From the NCBI GenBank assembly GCA_951406725.2, contig CATOCA020000001.1, forward strand, positions 7,068,001 through 7,132,000: a DNA stretch of 64,000 bases, given 5' to 3'. This document shows, in pieces, positions 27,492-39,385 of this stretch (position 1 is the stretch's first letter; every line of letters starts with the position of its first letter). The position numbers were made by a program, and so were the translations under genes. This stretch comes from Octopus vulgaris. Its lineage: Eukaryota. Under the pieces are notes generated by a model. That model ran no database searches, was not told the DNA's origin, and was given only the letters and a program-made list of their open reading frames with translations.

Positions 27492-28220
27492 TTTGCGTGT
27501 GTTAATTTTGTCTGTTTTGTGTGTGTGTGTGTTTTGTGTTTTTTTGTCTGTTTTGTGTGTGTTTTGTGTGTTTTGTGTTTTTTTGTCTGTTTTGTGTGTC
27601 TTTTGTGTGTTTTGTGTACATTTATGTGTCTTTTAAGAGTTTTTGTGTTTGTTTTGTGTACTTATTTGCAATATTCTAACATTTTTTTTCTGGCAAAATA
27701 TTGCAAATAAGAACTGAAAACGAACGCATTTGTGACTTGAGTGATCTCTTAGGTAAATAAGCGATTAATATTAAGATTATATTTACACAAAACATAAACA
27801 AAAAACAAACAAAACTCACACAAAACAAACACAAACGACTCAAAAAATACACAAAACACACAGAAAACACTTAAACACACGAAAAAGTTCACACAAGATA
27901 CACATAAAAAACACACAAAACACAGAAATCACACCAAACATACAAAAAACACAAATCACACACAAAAAACGAACAATACACAAGAAACACAAAAACACAC
28001 ACAAAACACACACAAAAACAAACAAAACTATCACAAAAGACACTCGACACAAAAGACACACAAAAAACACACAAAACACTCACAGAACACATAAAAACAC
28101 AAAAACACACATAACACACACCAAACATACAAAAAACACACAAAAAACAAACAAAATTCACACAGAACAAACACAAATGACTCTCAAAAGACACAAAAAT
28201 ACACTCAAAACACACACACC
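27341..28220. repeat. Irregular A/C-rich low-complexity DNA with a (CTA)n/(CTC)n tract and an inverted G/T-rich block
   Basis: Microsatellite 27407-27490, G/T-rich 27490-27660, A/C-rich again 27785-28220. Confidence 0.85.
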
Positions 28221-28371
28221 ATATAAATATAAAACCAAAGGATCCAGGTACAGGAAGTTAGTGAGCTTCAAGCAATCTGTATAAAAATCAACTTTCAGGA
28301 ACAATAGGGGTTCATCGGTGCAGAAGTTTGTGAATGAATTTTTCCCATGTTGAAGAACAAGAAACTGGAAA

Positions 28372-28787
28372 AGGTTTGAGCAGAATTGAGGCCAGTTTGA
28401 AATGTTTGCGACATATTTCAACTGCTAAAAGGCAAATACATTGCAGTTACTATGGAGAATAAATCTCTCTTGTGGTAAAAAGGTGTGAAAACACTGGTTC
28501 ATTCAGTGATGCCATCTATTAGGAATCTCAGACATCAATGTTTTGAGCCATTTTGGTTCTTGTCAATGAAATGTACCTAAGAGAGATAACTCTGAAAGAA
28601 CCTAGCTATAGCTTTATGTATGATCTTAGGTGCAGTGACGAGAGCAAATATGTCTGAGATTTCTGATAGAGGGCGACACTGAACAAACCAGTGTTTTCTC
28701 ACCTTTCTACCATAAGAGAAATTTATTCTCCATAGTAACTGCATGTCGCAAACATATTTCGAATTGGCCTAAATTCTGCTCATACCT
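28372..28787. mobile_element. MITE with long terminal inverted repeats
   Basis: 28372-28535 is an imperfect reverse complement of 28650-28787. Confidence 0.8.
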
Positions 28788-28859
28788 AAGCACCACTTCA
28801 TGCTAAGGTTATTTTATAATATACGATTAGAAGTTGGGGTTGCTTAAAATGCTAATCGT

Positions 28860-29400
28860 CATCATCATCATCATCATCATCGTTTAACGTCCGCTTTTCA
28901 TGCTAGCATGGGTTGGACGGTTTTGACTGAGGGCGGCGAGCTGGCAGAAACGTTAGCACGCCGGGCGAAATGCGTAGCCGTATTTCGTCTGCCGGTTACT
29001 TTCTGAGTTAAAATTCCGCCGAGGTCGACTTTGCCTCTCATCCTTTCGGGGTCGATAAATTAAGTACCAGTTACACACTGGGGGTCGATGTAATCGACTT
29101 AATCCGTTTGTCTGTCTCTGTTTGTCCTCTCTGTGTTTAGCCCCTTGTGGGTAGTAAAGAAATAGGTTTTGACTGAGGGCTGGCAACCAGATGGCTGCAC
29201 CAGGCTCAAGTCTTGATCTGGTAGAGTTTCTACCGCTGGATGCCCTTCCTAACGCCAACCACTCCAAGAGTGTAGTGGGTGCTTTTACATGCCACCAGCA
29301 TGGGGCCAGTCAAGCGGTACTGGCAATGACCTCGCTCGAATCTTTTTACAGGTGCCAGTGAAGCGACAGTAACGATCACGCTCGAATGGTGCCATTTACG
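28860..29400 (-). mobile_element. RTE-tail SINE interrupted by a younger SINE
   Basis: (CAT)n CGTTTAACGTCCG...GGATGCCCTTCCTAACGCCAACCACTCC, shared with the RTE 3' end. Confidence 0.85.
28935..29164 (+). mobile_element. Young tRNA-derived SINE with 16-bp target site duplication
   Basis: GGTTTTGACTGAGGGC at 28919-28934 and 29165-29180; CpG-rich body. Confidence 0.9.
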
Positions 29401-29419
29401 TATTATTATCATTATTATT

Positions 29420-29459
<40 letters not shown>

Positions 29460-29621
29460 GTTAGGGAATATAAAATTCCAAGCCAAGAATTTAGAGACAA
29501 AACCTCTACGTAGCAATTCAAACAATACTGAATGATATTATCTATACAAAACCATATAGAAAGTAGTTAAATATATTATAAATATTATTCTAAAAATCAT
29601 AAAACTAAAATAAACATTATA

Positions 29622-29718
29622 TTGACTACGTGCGTTTCGTGACCATATATTTAAATCGATAATATTAAAAAGTTAATTTTACTTCAATTTAAAATTATAT
29701 AGCCACTCGTCAGGTAAA
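29622..29718 (-). ncRNA. Type I hammerhead ribozyme in an AT-rich Penelope-type tail
   Basis: Minus strand: TTTAC CTGACGA GTGG...TCAC GAAA CGCACG TA GTCAA; one mismatch in helix I. Confidence 0.7.
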
Positions 29719-30119
29719 AAAATATAAAATAAATGAAGATTTTATAATTAAACAATAAATATATCTATCTTAACATTAAATAATCCAATTAAATTTAACA
29801 ATATTAATATACAGTAAAATCATCACTGAGATTTAAATGAAATTTAAATCTTGTATTCAAGGAAAACTTCCTACATGACCCTGAGTGTTAAAGAACATTG
29901 AATTGTCAGAGACCAAGCTCGCTTCAGATGCCAAGAATGCTAGACATAAATATTTCATCTACTTTTAATTCGTAATTTAACTTTCACCTGTGCTTTGCTT
30001 CAGCACATCAACAAATAAAGTTCAGTGCATTTTTTTATAAGTCATAAACAAGCAATTCATTTCATTTCGATGAAAAGCCATGGCAATGGTGAAATATTGG
30101 TATCTATTGTTTTTAATTT

Positions 30120-30505
30120 AATTTAATTTTTTGGCTCAAATAGCAAAAGCAAGGCCATGCTGGGGGACATGGAGTTATGTACAGGGAGGGTGTTCATACA
30201 ACGAGTTCAGGCCATTTCTGGTCGAGGAAGACTTTGAACCAAGTGGTCATCGACATCTTCACTATCTCGTCCGGCAGCTTATTCCACGGATCCACAACCC
30301 GGACGGAGAAAGCCCATCTCCTTCAATTGAGATGAAATTGTCGTAGATAGAGCTTTTTGGAGTGACCCCGCAGCCCACACTCTGGAGCAGGAGTGCAGAA
30401 CAGCTCTTTCGAGGTTACACTTTCCGCTTATGATGTTCTTGGCATTTAAGGTGAATTTTCTTGCCAGGTCTATTACACTTGGCATCATATAGGGAGTACG
30501 CACAA
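30120..30505 (-). mobile_element. CR1-type LINE 3' end
   Basis: RGHSKKLYLRQFHLN*RRWAFSVRVVDPWNKLPDEIV...FKVFLD, the CR1 C-terminal motif. Confidence 0.8.
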
Positions 30506-30594
30506 CTGATGATGTTTGTATATTTTTCTATGAGGTGAATGCTGAAAAGTTTCTGGCTGTGGATAAAAGAAAATGGAGAGGCAGATCAGTTATA

Positions 30595-30800
30595 AATTTA
30601 CATTTGTCCTTATCTTGTTTGTTGCTAACACAATGTTTCGGCTGATGTACTCTCCAGTCTTCATCAGGTTTCCTGGTAGAATTTTGAACCGGAATTCTCA
30701 TTCCTAAGGTATTTTTCTGATGTTATTCAGGTCACTGCCTGGAATCAAACTCGGCATCTTCAGGTTAGTAACCTGCGCTCTTAACCACAACACCATATAC
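30595..30800 (-). mobile_element. tRNA-headed short element carrying a hammerhead-like 3' module
   Basis: A box TGGTGTTGTGG, anticodon arm CAGG-TTACTAA-CCTG, B box GAGTTTGATTCC, then CTGATGA...CAGCC GAAA at 30628-30671. Confidence 0.7.
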
Positions 30801-30847
<47 letters not shown>

Positions 30848-30938
30848 ATGTATGTATGTATGTATGTATGTATGTATGTATGTATGTATGTATGTATGTA
30901 CGTACGTACGTACGTACGTATGTATGTATGTATGTATG

Positions 30939-30972
<34 letters not shown>

Positions 30973-31010
30973 TATACGTATGTATGAATATATATATATG
31001 AGTGTGTTTC

Positions 31011-31070
<60 letters not shown>

Positions 31071-31072
<2 letters not shown>

Positions 31073-31437
31073 AGACGATATACCAGAAATCCCTAGTTTT
31101 GTCGGGACGTTCGGAGTCTGCGCAGTGATCTGATTAGTTAGAGAGAGTAAATCATTAGAAGCACATGCTTCTAGTGAGTTAGGATCTCAGAAAAACAGGG
31201 CTCTCACTGACGAATTCTCCCTGAGCAAATAAATTATCTTTATTGCTGAAAAGAAAGAAACTGCAGTCTGAGAATAACCGAGTTAGTAAACGTTTTTATC
31301 TTCATTTCACTAAATTTATCCAGCTTGTGTGTTCCTAGCACATATTTCGCCTTAATGTACTGATATATGGAAAATATATGGCTTGTGTTAGAAATACCAG
31401 CGATTATAATTATTTTTATTTTATCGCAATTTGATTT

Positions 31438-31440
<3 letters not shown>
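31071..31440 (+). mobile_element. Retrozyme-like non-coding element between (TA)n tracts
   Basis: Hammerhead inside; collinear similarity to the minus strand of 47502-47830. Confidence 0.75.
31202..31273 (+). ncRNA. Type I hammerhead ribozyme
   Basis: TCTCA CTGACGA ATTCT...AGAAA GAAA CTGCAG TC TGAGA: perfect helix I, palindromic helix III, first pair of helix II mismatched. Confidence 0.75.
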
Positions 31441-31502
<62 letters not shown>

Positions 31503-31667
31503 CAGACACACACACACACACATAATGTAGATACCAGTTCAATGTACGAGCATTTAAATCTGATTGGGAAACTAATCTGAATAAAATAAAAACCATGTAT
31601 AAATGGATCCTCACTTGCAGCCAGTTGGTGAATTGTTTTCGGCTTTAATAAAATACTATATACATAT

Positions 31668-32010
31668 ATACTGAGTGTCCTGATATTTAGGCAACTGAAG
31701 TTTCAGTATTAAATAACTATCAATGAATGTGATAAGATATAAAAATTATACATCATTATAAAAACTTAGTATGTCTTGTTTTTGTTTCAGACAAAATAAA
31801 TTCAGATTTATAAATTAAATAATGACTATAGACCAAAATACAATCATGACCATCCACAAAGAATGCGAAAATAATAGAGCAATAGCAAAAATCCTTAACA
31901 GTAACCAAAAACACAGCCTCGAAAATTGTAAAGAAATTTCAAGAGACTGATTCCACTGCAGATCAACCTTAACATGGGCCAAAAAAGAAGTGTGAAGCCA
32001 CCTCAGTTAT
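31668..32010 (+). mobile_element. Tc1/mariner 5' fragment (TIR and HTH region)
   Basis: TA-CTGAGTGTCC start; RAIAKILN / NTASKIVKKFQETDSTADQP. Confidence 0.6.
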
Positions 32011-32574
32011 GACCCTTTATTTTTACCAAAATCTCTAATTGGTGGGTGGGAGAAAGATATCCCGCAAACAGGAGGCCTTACAGGAATGCATACAACTGCT
32101 TAATCCTCTCCTAAAATGACCGCGAATGTCAGATGATGATTTTAGAAAAGGGTGGAGGATTAAGTCTATCACCAAATACTGCAAGATATTTCAAGCTATG
32201 TATATGATATGTGGGTTATGTGGTTTACTCTTGAAATCATTGAGCTGTGACCATGCTACGGTTTTGCTTTGGTGGGTCTAATCAATCATATAAACCCCAA
32301 CTCTTGCTTTTAAGTCTGTCATCTATTCATAATCTAAATATTTGTGGAACAGCTAGGTTAGGAAACCTACTAAAGATTTTAATTAACCAGTAAATACTGA
32401 TAAATTTACAGCTTGTTTTAATGATGGAAAGTATTTGAGTGTGTGTGTGTGTGTGTGTGTGTGTGTATCAGCATGGAATTTTGTCAGTGAACTAGTCGCA
32501 GTCTCAAAGCGATGAAAATATTTTGAGAAAGAAAAATGACAACATTATTCAAGAGATGATTTCTTTTTTCTAGT

Positions 32575-33180
32575 TCGAAGCTGAGAAAACTAATAAGGAG
32601 AGTCGAGGAGGCGGTCGAAAAAGCCAGCTTGTATATATGGCTGAAACGGGAAGACCAACGCTGGCTTGAAAGTCATAACATGCCAGCAGGAAAATAACAT
32701 CAGTAGGTGAGACAGGCTGACACTGAATTAGCTTCACTGATTGACAGGTGACGGTCTCGTTTAAAGAATGCGTGGGCTAAGACTACGCACCTTCATTCGT
32801 CAGTTAAATTTGAGACAGTGTCATGTGAAAACTTGCTGGGGTTGCCTGCTGGAGCCTAGCGGCAGGTATTTAAAGGGGGAAAAATTTGACAAGACAGTCA
32901 GTCGCTCGTTGACGCTACACAGAAGAGGCCAGGGAACAGAAGAAAGAAGACACTTCTGAAAGAGAGGGCCCCGCCACGCCAAAACGGTAGAGGAGCAGAA
33001 GCTGAAACCGTACGTGGTTCCTCCTGATGATGTCTTGAGCTAACTGGACCCTAGAAAGGAGCTGTTGTAGCAGACCACGAGACACGGTTGAAATTCCTCC
33101 AATTTAAATGTTGAAGTAAATCTAACGGTTTTTGTGTGTTTCTTAAATGGCTTATAAACACCTTCCATGCTGCCACTGTT
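32575..33180 (+). mobile_element. RLE-type (HERO-like) non-LTR retrotransposon C-terminus and 3' UTR
   Basis: SKLRKLIRRVEEAVEKASLYIWLKREDQRW...* (32575-32697) fits the HERO terminal motif (EAAE.AS.WLW..R...W); GC-rich UTR ends at (TA)n. Confidence 0.6.
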
Positions 33181-33289
33181 TATATATATATGTATGTATA
33201 TATATAAATAAACTCGAAAATGTTTGAATAGGGATGTATTTCTAGCATCTCTATATCTGACTAACACAGAAACGCGTTCACAAGTGATC

Positions 33290-33958
<669 letters not shown>

Positions 33959-34149
33959 TGAATCATAGGAGCTGCAGTGATATAACATAGACATAATGTT
34001 ATTGTCTAAAATGAGGTCACTTCACCGTACATTGTGGTGGCTATATGTTTCATTGGGTGGTGAGGATATTAGACAGTGCAATGCTTGAAAAAAAAAAGTT
34101 CAAGAATTTCATAGTTTCTACACTGTGAGAGATTTCTCTTTGGATTTAC

Positions 34150-34560
34150 TGATTACCTTGATGTCAGTGAGATTGCCATTGTCAAACAAGAGATTTGTTA
34201 TTTTAGTAAGTGTCTACCCTCCAACCATGTGTTCCCCTGAAGAGAAAAAAAGACTAATATTCTATCTTTCATGAAAAAAGCTTCTGTGCAGTGTTCTTTC
34301 TGCTTATAAAATCTTCATATTTGGTGATTTCAATGAAAGCATTTGCAGGGATAAAAAAATTTGGGATATAATTGGGAAACATGAAGTCAGAAAATGCAAT
34401 AGTAATGGCTTGTTTAGTACTGCAAATGTGTTCAATTTTTGCATATACTGGGTAACTGTCAATCTCCTAGTGTGGAGCATGCTGTATTTGAGCACCAAAT
34501 GTGTGGGAGTATTTATGTGATCAAGATGAAAGGCAGTTAGGTCTCTCATTAATTTCTGTT
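34150..34560 (+). mobile_element. Degraded RTE/BovB-like endonuclease fragment
   Basis: VSVYPPTM, GDFNESI and IIGKHEVRKCNSNGL remnants. Confidence 0.55.
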
Positions 34561-34699
34561 TGGTGAGTTGGCCCTGAGGAAAAATCTAGGGAACAAATCG
34601 AAATTAAGGCATGAATGCATTAGAGACACTTAGAGGATCTAGATCAAATTAGAGAAAGTGAAAACATCACAAAGTTTTTGATGGAAAAAATTGTTTCAT

Positions 34700-35850
34700 G
34701 TTGGAATGAGTGAATTTGAATGAATGTCAATAAAATCTTAGTGTGCATGAAAAGCTTTGAATGCAAGGACCCTATCAGGCATGCTACTGATCTGATGAAT
34801 ATTCTCTTCATGATTTTCTTGCCAAGTTTCTTGCAGTAATATCAAAAGATCTGGCTTTAAGGATGCTTTCTTTTCCTTTTTAGGAAGTGTCCCATCCATC
34901 ATACCTCAGAGGTGTTCAGTAGGGTTCATATCTGGTGATTGGCTTAGCTATGGAAGATGTTTAATGCCATTCTCTTCCAACAAATCCTGGGTCTTTTAGT
35001 TGTGCAAGAAAGCCCTATCTTCCATAAATAGTGTTCTTTAATCATTTTACCCCTGGAGGATATAGGAAGAAGATTTTTCTATAATATGGACACATATATC
35101 TGAGTTTATGTATCCCTCACACTCCACCATTTCTGATTGACCATTGCTCCAAATTTCTCTCCAGACCATCACGTTTCATTGTTGGCTGCAATATATTCAC
35201 GTGAAAATATTGGTGACTGATTCTCCAGACCCACACTCGACCAGTGTCAGAAAATACAGCAAATCTGGATTCATCAGAGAATTTGACAGTGTCCCAAAGT
35301 GCTAGTGACCTCTCTACCATCTCACTTGTCCAATATTTTATCCATTTGATATTGGCTGGTCGAAGCAGTGTCTTCTTTCTTGCTGCTCTGCTATAATAGC
35401 CAATTTTGCAGAGATAACTGACAGCTATTCTGGGACTGACATCAACTTATTCTGTTATATTGGAGGCCTTGCAATGAGGATTATCTTATACACTTCTCTT
35501 AAGAAAGCAAAGTGTTCTGTCAGAGGGCCTTAGTCTACCTGGGTAAGGTGATATGGACTACTTTCCCGTTTAGTGAATTGAAAAATTACTCTATTTACTC
35601 TAGAAAGTGGAATCACAAGGTTTTCTGTAGTTTTAGGCTAAGTCAGCCTTGAAATAGGCGCAGCATATGGCCTCTTTGTAAATTGGACATTTTTAAGGCT
35701 TCTTTTGTACATGATATGATTAAACAGTTACATATAGAATCTGAAACATATAAATGTCAATTGATAAAAAAAATATAAACCTCTTCAAGTTATAATAACC
35801 ATAAAACAATGTGTTAATGGGTATCTATTTACTTTTGTCATGTTTGTGTA
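34700..35850 (-). mobile_element. Decayed Tc1 transposon
   Basis: VKFSDESRFAVFSDTGRVWVWR and SQSPDMNPTEHL motifs; TIR-like end near 35850. Confidence 0.8.
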
Positions 35851-36589
35851 CAAATGTATCATTTGTTACAACTGCACTTTGAAATAAAAAAGAAAACCTT
35901 TAGTAGAAAATTAGCATTAGCTACGACAACGTTACCCAACTATTAAATCTTATATTTTTCAAACTCGTGCTAGGATGGAAAAATGAACATAGGTATGAGA
36001 CTTATTTTTACACATGTATTGATGCATATAAAACATGAAATTATGTTGTCTACATACTTAAATACTTGCAATTAATTCATTGTAAGAACATAGAAATTTG
36101 ACAGGTTTTCTTGAGTTGTTGCTCATCTACAATAATCTGATAAATTTGAGGTTATTGTTGGTTGCATAAGATTGTCACTGAATTTTCTCTCGACAGAAAT
36201 ATCTAATCATTTTATCCATACTAGCATGGGTTGTGTGTGTCATGTTGATATCTGTTTCAGTTTAATTCCCTCTGCAATAGTTTCTTTTTTTTGTGTTTAT
36301 GCAATATGGTACTTTCATAAAATACAGTTGTCTCTTGCCTTACACAGTATTCTGTTTCTTAGTTCACTTTAGCACAATTTTGCTCATTTTCCTCTATTTG
36401 TTTCTTTTTCTTTTTGTTTTTACAAATATAGAAGTAGTACTTGCTTCAGTTTCTCATTATATTTTGTTAAATATTTTTGAATTTGAAATATTAAAATTGA
36501 TTTCACAGGAAATGAAAATTCAATGTATAAAATTAACTTTAAACTAAATGTTCAGCATAAAATGCAAAAGTTTTACAAAAAGAATTGTC

Positions 36590-37447
36590 CTCATCATCAT
36601 CATCATCATTTAATGTCCATTTTCTATGCTGGCTTGGGTTGGACAGTTTCATCAGGGCTGGTAAGCTGAGGGTCTGCAGCAGACTCCAGTCTTGATTTGT
36701 CATTGTTTCTATGGCTGGATGCCCTTCTTAACATCAAGCACTCCATGAGTGTTGTGGGCAGGGGTTGTGAAAAAAATTAATTGATGGGAAATTAATTACA
36801 ATATATTGTCTTCTAAGGCACAGCATGTCATGAAAGGTGTCGGTCATTAGTCATTGCCTTTATAAGTTCCAACAGTCAAAGATCATGCATTACCACCTTG
36901 TCCAGTGCCTTCTTATGTCTACTTCTTCTGCCATGTAGCATAGCTGTCTGCACAGGTATAATCAATCTGCCTTTCACTCTGAAGGAGAGACCCTTATTTA
37001 CCAAACAGAGGAAGGAGCTCTCTGAATTTGCTCAGCCTATTTTTATTCTTGCAGCCACACTCTTGGTTCATCCACCTCTGCTACTGACTTTGTTACTCAA
37101 CGATCTCTAATGTACTCCTCTGGCATTTGATGGAGCCCATTTTCTGTACACTTTTAGTGTTTACTGTATGAGGCCTTCCACATACAAAAAATATTTTCCC
37201 AGTTTACCTTCCTCTGATATTGCTACACCTATTATGTGTTATACAGAGTACATCTACCTACCTTCTTTTTGAGGATGGCCATGTACCTGAAGGGCTTTAT
37301 GATTTATCTGTTTTCCTACTTACTAAGACTTTGGGTTAGGGTTGGGTAGGTTAATTCTGTGACCTTTCAATTCTAGACCTTGCTTCCGTACGCACAATTT
37401 GTTCTCTAGTTCTGGTAGTGATTTAGCTAAAAGAAAAAGCTCATCAG
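36590..37447 (-). mobile_element. Old RTE 3' part (continues at 39386-39635)
   Basis: Similar to 1550-2430; the YADD region is split by the LTR element. Confidence 0.75.
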
Positions 37448-39385
37448 TAAATAAGTGTGAAAACTCTTTGCTTTCACAAACACTTTATGTACACTGATTG
37501 AAGCAATGAAAAAAAAGGTCCTCGGTATACCTGAAACGTGAAGGAAAATATTTGGATAATGAAACTAATAATGTATGGCTAATTGAATGTAATATAATAA
37601 ATGATAATATATGAGTGTTCAGTTGTCATCCTCTATGCCCTCCCCAATTCCTTTGAGAGAAGCAAAGAAGACTAATAATATGTATTAAATGATTAACGAA
37701 AATAATAATTAGTGCAAGAGACCCTTAATCAATATTGACGGTGTGATGATCAAGGAGCAACGTGTCAGTTGTGCATCAGGCTTTTGTGTCAGTCTTTGCG
37801 AGTCTGGCAGAGCGACAAACAGGACAATTGCTGGATGGGGGATAAACTACATCAGGCAAAGGTCGCTCTTGGAGGGCAGGGGTTTGAAGGGGTGTTGGGG
37901 TATGAATACTTGTGGTTAAAGGTGGGGTAAGTTGGCGTGGCTCTGTGGGTAGGCGGTAAGATGCATTTCCGGTTATGGTGATTCGGGAGTCGGGAAGTGG
38001 GCATCTGTGTTGCAGCTGCATGAGGTGCTGATAAAGTGGGTTGAGAAGGTAGTCTCATCACTGGTGTTGGCGTGAGGAACGCAGGTGGTCCAGACACCAT
38101 GAGCAGGGGGGCGTGGGGGAAGAATCAGTAGATACTTCCAGAGGATTTTTCTGTTGTGACTCGGTGTGACTCGGCCTCATCCATCCACTCTCAACATGTA
38201 CGGATCGAACTGGCGTACGTCTAAATGGTACCAGTTTTCCCCCCATTTTGGGTCCAACTTAGCTCTGGATTAGGACATAGTTCGAAAGATGTCAGTGGAA
38301 GAAGTGAGCATGTCTGTTTTGACAACCGTTCAGTGGGACCCATGTGGTGTTTACGCAGGTCTTCTTTTCAATAAGTCAGTTTCATGCCATGTGGAATGTA
38401 GCTTGTACTTGCCGGGATGGATGGGAATAAAGTATTGTATAGGGCTGCCAAAGATGCACATGGCTGGGGACAAGTGTGTGTCCCGGTCAGGTGTATTTCT
38501 TTATTGTAGCATTGTGCACTGGAAACTGTCAGTGTTAAGTAAGCCATTGGTGTCAGTGTTGTCTGTAACGAGGCCCTTTATTGTCTCAATACCGACTTTG
38601 GCGCGGCAGTTGTCATGGGGAAATGCATCGGCGGTGATTCTGTGGTGCACTCCCAAATTGTGGAAGAAGGGCGGTGCTAAGTGCCTGTGCGCCATTCGAT
38701 GCTTTCTTTACGATGGTTTTCCAGACCTGTTAGGACATACCACCATTGTCTGTCACCAAGTGACAGATGTACCAATGGGAATAGGCTTGATAACTTCAAG
38801 TGGAACATTCCGGTCGAGACCTGCTTTTACTTCCTCTTGCCAATGAACCTGGACTGGTATGGGCGTATGGTGGGCGACTGGTTTAGCATTAAGCGGATCG
38901 GTTGGTCAGACATCTTGGAGAATTGCCGATGGTTGCAGATGTTGAATGTGCTGGAGCTGTAGTATTGTAGCAGCTACTTCTTCAGGCGAAAACGTTTTTC
39001 CTCAGTGGCTGGGAATGGTAGTGTAGTTGGAGGAGGGGGTTGTATTTGTTGTAGGTGGCAGGTGCATACATTCTGTGTCATTGTTGCAGATGATCGATGA
39101 GGCTTGTCAGTACTCTCTCCCATGGATTGTTTACAGGCCGACTCATGGCACAATCAGGTGCAGGACAGGGTACGTTGGTCATACTGACTCGCTTTTTGTC
39201 ATAAATAAGTCTGACAACTGTTTGCTTTCACCAATATTTTACGCAGTCTGAAGCAATGAGTAAAGGGTCTTCAGTATACCTGAAATGTGAAGGGAAAGAT
39301 GATGGATAATAAAATGAATAATATATGGCGAATTGAATGTAATGTAATAAATTGTAATATATGTGTGTTTAGTTGTAATCCTGTA
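37448..39385 (-). mobile_element. Internally deleted Gypsy LTR retrotransposon inserted in an RTE
   Basis: Diverged direct repeats at about 37448-37635 and 39202-39385; PPT-like TTGGGGAGGG; 5-bp TSD ATCAG; integrase [24 protein letters not shown]. Confidence 0.8.

Noticed and set aside
22073-28215. Dozens of Cys/Phe/Val-rich ORFs
   Set aside because: Translations of the 76-bp satellite and low-complexity flanks.
37490-37545. Hammerhead-like GGT..ACC TGAAAC in the Gypsy LTR
   Set aside because: No CTGANGA core at the required position.
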